The notes under the pieces: generated by a model
Told to the model about the DNA's origin: nothing
The model's input: the letters and a program-made list of their open reading frames with translations, nothing else
Database searches by the model: none
Position numbers and translations under genes: made by a program
In this document: positions 9,357-19,556 of the stretch, one piece after another
Layout: the number at the start of each line of letters is the position of its first letter
Numbering within the stretch: the stretch's first letter is position 1
NCBI GenBank assembly: GCA_902783255.1
Contig: CACZQB010000061.1
Location: 17,859-81,858, forward strand
Origin: Oscillospiraceae bacterium
Lineage (GTDB): Bacteria; Bacillota; Clostridia; Oscillospirales; UBA644
Direction: 5' to 3'
Length of the DNA stretch: 64,000 nt

Positions 9357-9975
9357 TAGATGATACAGTATCCTAGTCCGATCATCAGGCTACCAGGGTG
9401 GGCCTAAAAATCCACCGAAGGGCACATCTGTGAAACTTCTTGTGCTTGCTTCTTACGCCCAGTCTGGGGTGAGTGCTGGAAGGAAGTTCTTTTACCCTCA
9501 AGTATCTGGACTTGGGACTGCCGGGCGCCCGCAACGGCATGCGCAAGCGATCCCGTCGTCTTTGGAGACCTGCTCTCGTGGCTTGCAATATATAAAAAGT
9601 TACGGTTCAGGATTAAACCTGCAAGGCGGTTCGTTTCAGGAAAAAACCGAAAACGTGCTGTATGCAGTCGTAGCCTGTCTTGAGTGGACCCGGCGGATTG
9701 CGGCCGGACTGTGGACCATGGCCGTGGACCATAGTCTTTTGCGTTTGAAACCGGAGCTGCAAAAGAGACTAAGAGCTTTGTTGATCAGGTTAAGGAAAAC
9801 TTCTAGGCTGAGAAATATATTTCTGCATTCAAAGGATTGCAGTACGTGCTGAGTGGCAATCAAGTCGTATATGCGGCAACGCTGTACCTCGAGCTTTAAA
9901 GGGAAACCTCCTTTGCGGCGACGGAAGGAAGCTCCCGGGGAAACCTACTTGACCTAAGACGTAAGATTTACTTTG
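9357..9975 (+). ncRNA. OLE-type (ornate, large, extremophilic) structured RNA candidate
   Basis: An ~800-bp gap contains only implausible overlapping ORFs. It is GC-richer than neighbouring spacers and has many local helices: GGTGG 9397-9401/CCACC 9412-9416; GACTGTGG 9707-9714/CCATAGTC 9729-9736; GAGCTT 9891-9896/AAGCTC 9929-9934; two GG-GAAA-CC mini-hairpins at 9901-9909 and 9938-9946. It has its own promoter and no terminator before the next CDS. The synteny ispA ... RNA-4TM protein-tlyA-nadK-argR-recN matches the published OLE context. The ends given are approximate. Confidence 0.7.
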
Positions 9976-10075
9976 AATGTTATCATCACTTTTTTTGAAA
10001 CTATCTGCCGCGGTTCCGTATTTCGGATTTGCGACAGATTAATTGTATTTACTATATGCAAGAGAAAGGAAATAT

Positions 10076-10750
10076 ATGGAATCGGACGATAAACCCCGAT
10101 TATCGCAGCAGGCAGAAAATAAAAATGCCGATGTGATCGGCGGAAAAGACCCTGCTGCGGAAAAAGAAAAACAGAAGTCAAAAGAAAAAGACAGAAAAAA
10201 GCATATTGTCAACTGGAACTGGACACTGAAGATACTTGCCGTAACATTTATTCTTTCTTTCGGCATGTCGTATCTTTCTGAAAGCGTTCTTGCAGATGTC
10301 AATATAGTTATTGCATTTTTCGTTCTCATTTTCTTTATAGCCGTAGGCGTAATGTTTGATACTGTGGGGACCGCGATCATGGCGGTCGACGCAAAATCAT
10401 TCAATTCTATGGCGGCAAAAAAAGTAAAAGGCGCAAAAACCGCGCTTTCCCTTATCGCAAAAGCGCCCGCGGTATCTAATTTCTGTAATGACGTTATCGG
10501 CGATATCTGCGGAGTTATAAGCGGAACGACATGCTCTGTTCTTGCACTTAAGTTTGCGGAAATTTTTTCTTCCGACAGATTCCTGACTGTTTTTTTGTTT
10601 ACCGCCGTTACCGCATCGCTCACAGTCGGTCTGAAAGCGATCGGCAAAAATATAGCTATCGTATTCGGAGACAAAATAATATATGCGATTTCACGCGTAA
10701 TTTGTATTTTTATTCCGGAACGTGTTGCAGATCAGAAAAAGAAAAAATAA
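10076..10750 (+). CDS. oapA: 4-TM membrane protein, OLE-associated protein A candidate
   Basis: Lies directly downstream of the RNA with RBS AAAGGA 7 nt before ATG 10076. A charged N-terminus is followed by 4 predicted TM helices with paired motifs MFDTVGTAIMA and NDVIGDICGVISG. The stop overlaps the tlyA start (TAATG). Confidence 0.6.
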   Translation: MESDDKPRLSQQAENKNADVIGGKDPAAEKEKQKSKEKDRKKHIVNWNWTLKILAVTFILSFGMSYLSESVLADVNIVIAFFVLIFFIAVGVMFDTVGTAIMAVDAKSFNSMAAKKVKGAKTALSLIAKAPAVSNFCNDVIGDICGVISGTTCSVLALKFAEIFSSDRFLTVFLFTAVTASLTVGLKAIGKNIAIVFGDKIIYAISRVICIFIPERVADQKKKK

Positions 10751-11472
10751 TGCGTCTTGATATATTTGTATTCAACAATTTTTCGCTCAAAAGCAGAGAA
10801 TATGCAAGAACGCTCATAAAAAACGGAGACGTTCTTGTAAACGGCATTCCAGAAACAAAAGCGGGTCGCGAAGTATGCGGCAATGAAGACATAACGGTCA
10901 ATGATTCTCTTCGTTACGTCGGCAGGGGAGGACTTAAGCTTGAACATGCCCTTAAGGTATTCGGGATTTCCGCAGAGGGACGCACGGCACTTGATATCGG
11001 AGCGTCAACGGGAGGATTTACCGATTGTCTGCTGCAAAACGGTGCCGTTAAAGTATACGCATGCGACGTAGGTCACGCACAGCTTGCAGAAAAACTGAAA
11101 AACGATAAAAGAGTCGTCGATCTTGAAGGAACGCATATCAATGCTCTTTCCGCGGAAAGAGTAGGCAAAGTCGGAATAATAACCTGTGACGTCTCCTTTA
11201 TTTCGCTCAGGCATGTTTTGCCCTATTTGAAAATATTTGCAGATACGCCGTGCGATATCATCTGTCTGTTCAAACCGCAGTTTGAATACGGAAAAAAAGT
11301 TAAAAACGGTGTCATTAAAGACGAGATCATACATAAAAGTCTTCTTGAAAATTTCATAACATTTGCCGAAAAAGAAGGTTTTATTGTTATAAATACAGAT
11401 GTTTCACCTATACTCGGCGGTGACGGGAATAAAGAATTCCTTTTGCATTTACAGCTGCAGAATGCAGATTGA
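10750..11472 (+). CDS. tlyA: TlyA family rRNA (cytidine-2'-O)-methyltransferase
   Basis: S4-like N-terminus MRLDIFVFNN...RTLIKNGDVLVNG followed by a FtsJ-type SAM motif LDIGASTGGFTD. Confidence 0.85.
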   Translation: MRLDIFVFNNFSLKSREYARTLIKNGDVLVNGIPETKAGREVCGNEDITVNDSLRYVGRGGLKLEHALKVFGISAEGRTALDIGASTGGFTDCLLQNGAVKVYACDVGHAQLAEKLKNDKRVVDLEGTHINALSAERVGKVGIITCDVSFISLRHVLPYLKIFADTPCDIICLFKPQFEYGKKVKNGVIKDEIIHKSLLENFITFAEKEGFIVINTDVSPILGGDGNKEFLLHLQLQNAD

Positions 11473-11486
11473 TTCGGGGTATTCAT

Positions 11487-12296
11487 ATGAAATTCGCAGT
11501 AATTACAAATAAAGAGCGCGACAGTGATCTTTCTGTCACAAAAGAGATCGTTTCCTGCCTTTCTGCTCACGGAGCGGAGAGCAATGTAGTATCTTCTCCG
11601 GCTGACCTTTCGGCAATAATCGGCGACTGTCAGGCTGCCGTTACGGTCGGAGGCGACGGCACGATCCTTGCAATAGCAGATATCGCAGCCAAAGAAGGAT
11701 GTCCCGTGATAGGCGTAAACAAAGGCAATCTCGGATATCTTGCAGGTCTTGAACCTGACGGTATTTCCGCTCTTTCCCGACTTGTGACGGGAGATTATTC
11801 CGTAGAAAACAGAATGATGCTTAAAGCTACTGTTTCTTTCCCCGATAAAAAGTGCGATTTTTATGCGCTCAACGATATCGTCATAACTCACGATTCCGTG
11901 CTTAAACTGATCGATTTCAACCTGTCGTGCGACTGCTTCGAGATTGCTCATTATCGTGCCGACGGTATTATTTTTGCGACTCCAACGGGTTCTACCGCTT
12001 ATTCTCTTTCCGCAGGAGGCCCTGTGACAGATCCTGCTCTGAATGCGATCATCGTGACCCCCATTTGCGCTCACACCCTCAATGCACGTCCCGTTATTTT
12101 CAACGACGGTGCAATGCTTTCGGTTCTCGGTTCTCCGAGAGATAACGATCGTGTTCGTATTTATTCGGACGGAGGCGAAGGAGTTTCTATTCCCTCCAAA
12201 ACACCTGTTACCATTTCAAAATCACCTTTTTCTCTTAAACTGATACGGTTCGATCCGAACTCGTTTTATAATATTCTTTCAAAAAAAATACATTAG
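11487..12296 (+). CDS. nadK: NAD kinase
   Basis: Contains GGDGT (VGGDGTILA) and NxGxLGFL-like (NKGNLGYLA) motifs. ATG 11487 was verified in the sequence. Confidence 0.9.
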   Translation: MKFAVITNKERDSDLSVTKEIVSCLSAHGAESNVVSSPADLSAIIGDCQAAVTVGGDGTILAIADIAAKEGCPVIGVNKGNLGYLAGLEPDGISALSRLVTGDYSVENRMMLKATVSFPDKKCDFYALNDIVITHDSVLKLIDFNLSCDCFEIAHYRADGIIFATPTGSTAYSLSAGGPVTDPALNAIIVTPICAHTLNARPVIFNDGAMLSVLGSPRDNDRVRIYSDGGEGVSIPSKTPVTISKSPFSLKLIRFDPNSFYNILSKKIH

Positions 12297-12308
12297 GGGA
12301 CAGATCAA

Positions 12309-12776
12309 ATGAAACAAAAAAGCAGAAGGCACTCAAAAATAATAGAAATCGTCCGCAATGAACAGATCGAGACCCAGGACGATCTTACCGCCAGACTTAA
12401 CAGAGAAGGCTTTACCGCAACCCAGGCAACCGTATCAAGAGATATAAAAGAGTTGCAGCTTGTTAAAATTCTGACAAACGAAAACAAATACAGATACGCT
12501 CTTCCGTCCAAAACAGCACAGTCTCAGCCGCTGTTGCCGTCCAAATTCCTCGGCATTATCCGTGAAGGCATAGTATCTGTTGAGCAAGCGCAGAATCTTG
12601 TAGTCGTTAAATGCTATTCAGGTATGGCGCAGGGCGTCTGCGCCGCGATAGACTCACTTGAGCGCGACGGCGTTATCGGATCTATAGCGGGTGACGATAC
12701 GATATTTCTCGCAACAAGAGACAATACTGTTGCCGAAAATATCGTGGATAACATTAAATCAACGCTCAGCATCTGA
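12309..12776 (+). CDS. argR: arginine repressor
   Basis: Winged-helix N-terminus (TQDDLTARLNREGFTATQATVSRDIKEL) and a C-terminal GTIAGDDT-like motif (GSIAGDDTIFL). Confidence 0.9.
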   Translation: MKQKSRRHSKIIEIVRNEQIETQDDLTARLNREGFTATQATVSRDIKELQLVKILTNENKYRYALPSKTAQSQPLLPSKFLGIIREGIVSVEQAQNLVVVKCYSGMAQGVCAAIDSLERDGVIGSIAGDDTIFLATRDNTVAENIVDNIKSTLSI

Positions 12777-12799
12777 TCCGCAAGACTGAAAGGAAAAAT

Positions 12800-14458
12800 A
12801 TGTTCACCTCTCTGCATATCGAAAACATAGCCGTTATAGAAACGGCAGATATTTCTTTTTCCGCCGGACTGAATGTTCTGACGGGCGAGACAGGTGCCGG
12901 CAAAAGTATGATAATCGACGCGATAAACATGATCACCGGAGGCAGAACAAGCAAAGATATAATAAGAACAGGATGCAAAAAAGCCTATGCTTCGGCAACT
13001 TTTAACATTTCAGACAGAACGGTATCCGACCTCTTGAATGAATTCGGGATCGATGCCGAAGACGGAGAGCTTATTGTTTCGAGAGAAATAAATTCTGACG
13101 GACGCAGTGTTGCGCGCGCAAACGGAAGGCAGATTACTGTTGCAATGCTTCGCGAACTCGGTAAAAATCTTATAAATATTCACGGACAGCACGACAACAT
13201 TGCGCTTTCAGATCCGTCCACCCATCTTTCTTATCTTGATTCGTTTGCCGAAAATGAAACAGAAAGAAACGGATATTCGGAAAAATATACAAAAGTTAAA
13301 AACATACAAAAACAGATCGATCTTCTATCCGTTGACGAACGGGAAAAGGCAATGCGAACAGATATCCTCAGATATCAGATTAACGAGCTTGAGGCTGCCG
13401 CACTTACGCCGGGGGAAGACGAATTACTTGAAAAACGCAGACTTTCTCTTGTAAACAGAGAAAAAGTCATAAACGGTTTTTATGCGGCAAAAGAAGCTCT
13501 TTGCGGAGGAGATACAAACGCAAGAGATCTTGCTTCATCTGCCGTAATCGAGCTTGATTATATAGCACGCTTTGATGAAGACGCCGCTTCGCTTTCGGAA
13601 CGTCTTCACGATGTTTTTGCGGAGCTTGACGATATTTCAGATGATATTTCGCATTATGCGGATAACCTTGACGATGACATCTCAGAACTTGACGGTATAG
13701 AGTCCCGCCTTGACATGATAAGAGGGTTCCGCAGAAAATACGGCAACACCGTTACCGAAATGCTCGGATTTCTTGAAAATGCGAAAAAAGAGCTTGAAAA
13801 AATCGAGTTTTCTGATGAAAAAATAGCAGTTCTTCAAAAAGAACTGGTATTGGCTCAATCCGAACTTGATAAAGCCTCAAAAAAACTGACTGAAAGCAGA
13901 AAAAACGCTGCCGAAAAACTTGAAAAAGCGATCACGGGCGAACTTGTATTCCTTGATATGCCAAAAGTTCGTTTTTCCGTCGAAATCACACATAAACAGC
14001 AGGAAAAAGACGGGGCTGACAGCGTGGAATTTCTGATCTCCGCTAATATCGGCGAAGACCTCAAACCTCTTGCGTCTATCGCATCCGGGGGCGAGCTTTC
14101 AAGAATTATGCTTGCCGTTAAAAATATCCTTTCAAAAAACGGCGCAGAGACGCTTGTTTTTGACGAAATAGATACGGGTGTCAGCGGTCGTGCCGCTCAG
14201 AAAATAGCAATTAAACTCAAGCAGATGGCAGAAAAGGATCAGGTAGCCGTTGTTACGCATCTTGCCCAGATAGCCGCAAAAGCAGATACGCATTTCGTTA
14301 TTTCAAAAGAAGCAAAAGACGGCAGAACATATACTAAAGTTACTCCGGTTTCTGGCGAGGCCAGAATAAATGAAATAGCCCGGATCATGGGCGGAGACAG
14401 CATAACCCCCGCACTTTTACAGACCGCGCGGGAAATGATCGACGATCAGACACTATAA
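12800..14458 (+). CDS. recN: DNA repair protein RecN
   Basis: Walker A GETGAGKS, a long coiled-coil middle region, and the C-terminal ABC signature SGGELSRIMLA plus Walker B LVFDEIDTG. Confidence 0.9.
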   Translation: MFTSLHIENIAVIETADISFSAGLNVLTGETGAGKSMIIDAINMITGGRTSKDIIRTGCKKAYASATFNISDRTVSDLLNEFGIDAEDGELIVSREINSDGRSVARANGRQITVAMLRELGKNLINIHGQHDNIALSDPSTHLSYLDSFAENETERNGYSEKYTKVKNIQKQIDLLSVDEREKAMRTDILRYQINELEAAALTPGEDELLEKRRLSLVNREKVINGFYAAKEALCGGDTNARDLASSAVIELDYIARFDEDAASLSERLHDVFAELDDISDDISHYADNLDDDISELDGIESRLDMIRGFRRKYGNTVTEMLGFLENAKKELEKIEFSDEKIAVLQKELVLAQSELDKASKKLTESRKNAAEKLEKAITGELVFLDMPKVRFSVEITHKQQEKDGADSVEFLISANIGEDLKPLASIASGGELSRIMLAVKNILSKNGAETLVFDEIDTGVSGRAAQKIAIKLKQMAEKDQVAVVTHLAQIAAKADTHFVISKEAKDGRTYTKVTPVSGEARINEIARIMGGDSITPALLQTAREMIDDQTL

Positions 14459-14489
14459 AATTGATACATATTTTCTAAGGAGAAAAGCA

Positions 14490-15710
14490 ATGCAAATTTA
14501 TGAAGAGCTGCAAAGAAGAGGACTTATAGCTCAGGTTACCAATGAAGAAGAAATCAAAAATCTTGTAAATAACGGAAAAGCCAAATTTTATATCGGATTT
14601 GACTGCACTGCCGACAGCCTCACGGCAGGTCATTTTATGGCGCTCACGCTTATGAAACGTCTTCAGATGGCAGGCAATACTCCCATTGCTCTTATCGGCG
14701 GAGGAACGACCATGATAGGAGATCCTTCGGGAAGAACTGATATGAGAAAAATGCTTACCAGGGAAGATATCGCATACAACGCCGAATGCTTCAGAAAACA
14801 GATGGAAAAATTTATAGAATTCGGCGAAGGCAAGGCAATGATGATAAACAATGCAGACTGGCTTCTCGAACTCAACTATATCGACCTCCTTCGTGAAGTC
14901 GGAGCATGCTTTTCAGTCAATAATATGCTTCGCGCTGAATGTTACAAACAGCGTATGGAAAAAGGACTTTCTTTCCTCGAATTCAACTATATGATAATGC
15001 AGTCTTACGATTTCTATTACCTGTTCAAAAATTTCGGCTGCAATCTTCAATTCGGAGGCGACGATCAGTGGTCTAATATGCTGGGAGGCACAGAGCTCAT
15101 ACGCCGTAAACTCGGTCAGGACGCAAACGCAATGACGATCACTCTGCTTACCGACTCTCAGGGCAAAAAAATGGGAAAAACAGCAGGCAATGCCGTATGG
15201 CTCGATCCGAAAAAAACATCTCCTTACGATTTTTATCAGTACTGGAGGAATGTGGATGATGCCGATGTTATGAAATGCCTTCGCATGCTTACGTTCCTTC
15301 CCATAGAGCAGATAGACGATATGGCAACATGGCCGGATGAAAAGATAAATGTGAAAAAAGAAATACTTGCATTTGAGCTCACAAGCCTTGTTCACGGAGA
15401 AAAGGAAGCGCTCAATGCACAGCAGACCGCAAAAGCCCTCTTTTCGGGCAATGCGGGCGCATCCGCGCCTTCGGTCGAGCTTACATCAGCCGATTTCAAC
15501 GATGAAGGGCGTATTACCATAGCGGATCTCCTTGTAAAAACAAAGCAGGCTCCGTCGAAAGGCGAGGCAAGGCGCCTTGTTGATCAGAAAGGCATATTCG
15601 TTGCCGATAAACTTGTCGAAAGCGCCACTATGTCATTTGCAAAAGACGAGATAAACGGCGAAATAGTCAGAAAAGGAAAAAAATCTTTTATCAAGATCAA
15701 AGTTATATAA
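14490..15710 (+). CDS. tyrS: tyrosine--tRNA ligase
   Basis: HIGH-type motif SLTAGH, KMSKS-type motif KMGKT, and a C-terminal S4 domain. Confidence 0.9.
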   Translation: MQIYEELQRRGLIAQVTNEEEIKNLVNNGKAKFYIGFDCTADSLTAGHFMALTLMKRLQMAGNTPIALIGGGTTMIGDPSGRTDMRKMLTREDIAYNAECFRKQMEKFIEFGEGKAMMINNADWLLELNYIDLLREVGACFSVNNMLRAECYKQRMEKGLSFLEFNYMIMQSYDFYYLFKNFGCNLQFGGDDQWSNMLGGTELIRRKLGQDANAMTITLLTDSQGKKMGKTAGNAVWLDPKKTSPYDFYQYWRNVDDADVMKCLRMLTFLPIEQIDDMATWPDEKINVKKEILAFELTSLVHGEKEALNAQQTAKALFSGNAGASAPSVELTSADFNDEGRITIADLLVKTKQAPSKGEARRLVDQKGIFVADKLVESATMSFAKDEINGEIVRKGKKSFIKIKVI

Positions 15711-15734
15711 AATACTGAGCAAAAGGTAGCATCT

Positions 15735-18362
15735 ATGAAAAAAGAACTGAAAAAAAATTACAATCCGCGCGATGTTGAAGACCGTATATATGATTTCTGG
15801 GTCAGCAACGGGTATTTCAGAGCCAATGTAAACAAAAATAAAAAACCGTTCACTATCGTTATTCCGCCGCCAAATGTTACGGGGCAGCTGCACATGGGGC
15901 ATGCATTTGATGAAACGTTGCAGGATATCCTCACACGTTATAAACGCATGTGCGGCTATGAAGCGCTCTGGCTTCCCGGAACAGATCATGCAGGAATAGC
16001 AACGCAGATCAAAGTTGAAGAGTTCCTTCGCAAAAACGAGGGACTTACGCGTTATGATCTCGGCAGGGAAAAATTCCTTGAAAGAGTTTGGGCTTGGAAG
16101 GATCAGTACGGCAGCAGGATCATTAATCAGCTGAAAAAACTCGGTTCTTCATGCGACTGGTCAAGAGAAAGATTCACAATGGATGACGGCTGCTCAAAGG
16201 CAGTCAAAGAAGTTTTTGTTAATCTGTACAACAAAGGTCTTATTTACAGAGGGCACAGAATTATAAACTGGTGTCCTCACTGCAAAACAGCTCTTTCCGA
16301 CGCTGAGGTCGAATACGAGGAACAGGGCGGACATTTCTGGCATATCCGTTACCCCGTCAAAGGTTCTGAGAATGAATATGTCGTTATTGCCACCACAAGA
16401 CCCGAAACACTGCTCGGCGATACTGCCGTAGCGGTCAATCCCGATGACAAAAGATACACCCATCTTGTCGGCAAAACGCTTATTCTTCCTCTTGTCGGAA
16501 GAGAAATTCCCGTTATTGCCGATGAATATGTCGATAAAGAATTCGGAACCGGATGCGTAAAGATCACGCCTGCTCACGACCCGAACGACTTCCTTGTCGG
16601 TCAGCGCCACGGTCTCGAGCAGATCCGTGTTATGAACGATGACGCCACGATCAACGCAAACGGCGGTGTTTATGAAGGACTCGACCGTTACGATGCAAGA
16701 AAACGCATCGTTGAAGATCTTGAAAAGGCAGGGCTTCTCGTAAAGGTAGAAGAGCATTCTCATAATGTAGGTCAGTGTTACCGCTGCGGAACTACCGTTG
16801 AACCGCTCACATCAGATCAGTGGTTTGTTAAGATGGAGCCGCTTGCAAAACCCGCAAAAGAGGTCGTAGCAAACAAAACAATAAAATTCCATCCCGAACG
16901 TCTTGAAAAAATATATATGAACTGGATGGATAACGTCCACGATTGGTGCATATCCCGTCAACTCTGGTGGGGACACAGAATTCCTGCATACTACTGCGAC
17001 AAATGCGGTGAAATGGTAGTTTCAAAAACAGATGTCGATGTATGCCCGAAGTGCGGAGCAAAGATGAGACAGGATGAAGACGTTCTGGATACATGGTTCT
17101 CTTCGGCGCTCTGGCCCTTCTCAACGCTCGGCTGGCCTGAAAAAACGGAAGATCTCGAATACTTCTATCCCACATCCGTTCTTGTTACAGGATACGATAT
17201 AATCTTTTTCTGGGTTTCACGAATGATTTTTTCCGGGCTTGAACATACCGGAAAACCCCCGTTTGAACATGTCCTTTTCCACGGACTTATCAGAGACTCT
17301 CAGGGAAGAAAAATGTCCAAATCTCTCGGCAACGGTATCGACCCGATCGAGGTAATAAACGAATACGGCGCAGATGCGCTCAGATATACTCTCGTCACCG
17401 GAAACTCACCCGGAAACGATATGCGCTTTTATTATGAAGTTGTAAAATCGTCAAGAAATTTCGCAAACAAAATATGGAACGCAGCTCGTTTCGCTCTTAC
17501 TTACCTTGATATCGATCATGCGGAAATTCCGGATAAACTTGAGATCGAAGATAAGTGGATCCTTACCGAATTCAACACATGTGTAAGAGAAGTTCGTGAT
17601 AATCTCGATAAATACGAACTCGGCGTTGCCGCTCAGAAGCTTTACGACTTTGTTTGGGACGATCTTTGCGACTGGTATATCGAACTTGTAAAACCGCGTC
17701 TTTTTGAAACAAATACAAACGAGGAAACAAAAAAATCCGCCCAGAACATACTCTGCTATGTCATTAACGGCACTCTTGCGCTCCTTCATCCGTTTATGCC
17801 GTTCATAACCGAAGAGATATGGCAGACGATGCCTCACGAAGGCGAAGCTCTTGTGATAGCGCCATACCCCGAATATAACGAAAGCCTTGTTTTTGAGTCA
17901 GATGCCGCCGCTATGGAAAATGTTAAGTCTCTTATAAAGAATATCAGACAGCTGCGCCTTGATATGAATGTTCCGGCTTCCAAAAAAACAAGCCTTTACA
18001 TCGAAACTTCAAATCCGGAAGAATATACACGCTGCGTTGAATTTCTCAAACGCCTGGCAGGAGCGTCTGAAATAATTGTCAACTCTGGTACTCCTGCAGA
18101 AAAAACAGCTACTGCTTTGAGCCCTGATGCAAAAGCATATATTCCGATGGGCGAGCTTGTAGATATCGAAAAGGAAAAAGCACGTCTCGAAAAAGAAAAG
18201 GCGCGTCTTGAAGCCGAGATCGACAGAATAGACAAAAAGCTTGCAAACCCCGGTTTTGTATCAAAGGCTCCTGCTAAAGTAGTCGACGAAGAAAAAGCAA
18301 AACGTCAGTCTTACAGTTCGCTTCTTGAAAATACGCTCAAAGTCCTTTCCGAACTTCACTGA
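15735..18362 (+). CDS. valS: valine--tRNA ligase
   Basis: [13 protein letters not shown] (HIGH), KMSKSLGN, and a C-terminal coiled coil. 875 aa. Confidence 0.95.
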   Translation: MKKELKKNYNPRDVEDRIYDFWVSNGYFRANVNKNKKPFTIVIPPPNVTGQLHMGHAFDETLQDILTRYKRMCGYEALWLPGTDHAGIATQIKVEEFLRKNEGLTRYDLGREKFLERVWAWKDQYGSRIINQLKKLGSSCDWSRERFTMDDGCSKAVKEVFVNLYNKGLIYRGHRIINWCPHCKTALSDAEVEYEEQGGHFWHIRYPVKGSENEYVVIATTRPETLLGDTAVAVNPDDKRYTHLVGKTLILPLVGREIPVIADEYVDKEFGTGCVKITPAHDPNDFLVGQRHGLEQIRVMNDDATINANGGVYEGLDRYDARKRIVEDLEKAGLLVKVEEHSHNVGQCYRCGTTVEPLTSDQWFVKMEPLAKPAKEVVANKTIKFHPERLEKIYMNWMDNVHDWCISRQLWWGHRIPAYYCDKCGEMVVSKTDVDVCPKCGAKMRQDEDVLDTWFSSALWPFSTLGWPEKTEDLEYFYPTSVLVTGYDIIFFWVSRMIFSGLEHTGKPPFEHVLFHGLIRDSQGRKMSKSLGNGIDPIEVINEYGADALRYTLVTGNSPGNDMRFYYEVVKSSRNFANKIWNAARFALTYLDIDHAEIPDKLEIEDKWILTEFNTCVREVRDNLDKYELGVAAQKLYDFVWDDLCDWYIELVKPRLFETNTNEETKKSAQNILCYVINGTLALLHPFMPFITEEIWQTMPHEGEALVIAPYPEYNESLVFESDAAAMENVKSLIKNIRQLRLDMNVPASKKTSLYIETSNPEEYTRCVEFLKRLAGASEIIVNSGTPAEKTATALSPDAKAYIPMGELVDIEKEKARLEKEKARLEAEIDRIDKKLANPGFVSKAPAKVVDEEKAKRQSYSSLLENTLKVLSELH

Positions 18363-18392
18363 ACCAATATAAAAATTATGAAAGGTGAAACT

Positions 18393-19520
18393 ATGCAATA
18401 CAGAAAATTCGGTTCAACTGGGGTCGATATTTCCACGCTCGGCTTTGGCTGCATGCGCTTTCCCACGATAGAAGGAACACAGGAGATCGACGAAGAAAAA
18501 ACGATCCCAATGCTTCGTCGTGCGTATGAACTTGGCATAAACTATTACGATACCGCATTTTATTATTGCAACGGCAACAGCGAGGTCGTTCTCGGCAAAG
18601 CCGTGAAACCTTTCAGAAATAAAATAAACATCTCCACTAAAATACCTGTAGACAGGATCTCTTCCGCGTCAGATTACCGCTCATTCCTTGAAAGATCTCT
18701 TAAAAAGCTCGATACAGACTATGTCGATTTTTATCATTTCTGGTCGATCAGCAAAGAAATGTTCGATAATATCATGCTTAAATACGATCTTTTGTCCGAA
18801 GCGATGAAGGCGAAAGATGAAGGTCTTATCAAGCATATTTCATTCTCTTTTCACGGAAATCCAGACGATCTTGAATACATCATTTCAAAGGCGCCGATGC
18901 TTGAAACGATGCTGATACAATATAATACTCTAGACCGTTCAAATGAAAAGGGGCTCGAATACGTTGCTTCGACCGGCAGGGGAGTAGTTGCGATGGGACC
19001 GGTCGGCGGTGGAAGGCTTGCGGCACCCACAGCTCTTGCCGATAAAATAGGTTCTGTTTCCGCAAAGGCAACTTATGAGCTTGCTCTTCGCTTCGTTCTC
19101 GGTAATCCGTCGGTTTCATGCGCACTTTCGGGAATGAGAAGTATTGAAGAGGTCGAAAAAAACGTTGCGGTCATGTCGTCAGATATCCCGTTTACGGAAA
19201 AGGAAAATTCAGACATAAAAGAAAGTCTTGAAGAACTTAAAAAGTTTTCCGATTTATACTGCACCGGCTGTCGGTATTGCATGCCGTGCGTGAAAAATAT
19301 CGATATTCCGCATATTTTTTATCTTTATACTCTCTATAACGTATACGGATTAAAAGATCATGCCGTTGCGGAATACAAAAAATACTGTGACAAACTTAAC
19401 GAAAGCGGAAAAGAGGGGCTTGTTTCTTCCTGCATCGAATGCGGTTCATGCGAGAAAAAATGCCCGCAAAAGCTGAAGATCCGTGAAAAACTTAAGTTTG
19501 TCCATTCCGTTCTTGGCTGA
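18393..19520 (+). CDS. aldo/keto reductase with C-terminal 4Fe-4S cluster domain
   Basis: AKR N-terminus (YRKFGSTGVDISTLGFGCMRF) plus C-terminal Cys motifs CTGCRYCMPC and CIECGSCEKKCP. ATG 18393 has AAAGGTGA 4 nt upstream. Confidence 0.75.
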   Translation: MQYRKFGSTGVDISTLGFGCMRFPTIEGTQEIDEEKTIPMLRRAYELGINYYDTAFYYCNGNSEVVLGKAVKPFRNKINISTKIPVDRISSASDYRSFLERSLKKLDTDYVDFYHFWSISKEMFDNIMLKYDLLSEAMKAKDEGLIKHISFSFHGNPDDLEYIISKAPMLETMLIQYNTLDRSNEKGLEYVASTGRGVVAMGPVGGGRLAAPTALADKIGSVSAKATYELALRFVLGNPSVSCALSGMRSIEEVEKNVAVMSSDIPFTEKENSDIKESLEELKKFSDLYCTGCRYCMPCVKNIDIPHIFYLYTLYNVYGLKDHAVAEYKKYCDKLNESGKEGLVSSCIECGSCEKKCPQKLKIREKLKFVHSVLG

Positions 19521-19556
19521 AAACGCAAGAAACACTTTGCGAACTGGAGAAAAACT

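Noticed and set aside
9385-9863. ORFs of 140 aa (9430-9852 plus), 67 aa and 75 aa (minus) inside the large intergenic gap.
   Set aside because: They overlap each other on both strands, have no RBS and show skewed R/C/L/S/G composition. The region is better explained as a structured RNA.
11223-12074. A 283-aa minus-strand ORF antisense to nadK/tlyA, and a 211-aa ORF (10039-10674) antisense to the oapA-like gene.
   Set aside because: There are no RBSs, the composition is implausible, and the sense-strand genes carry diagnostic motifs.
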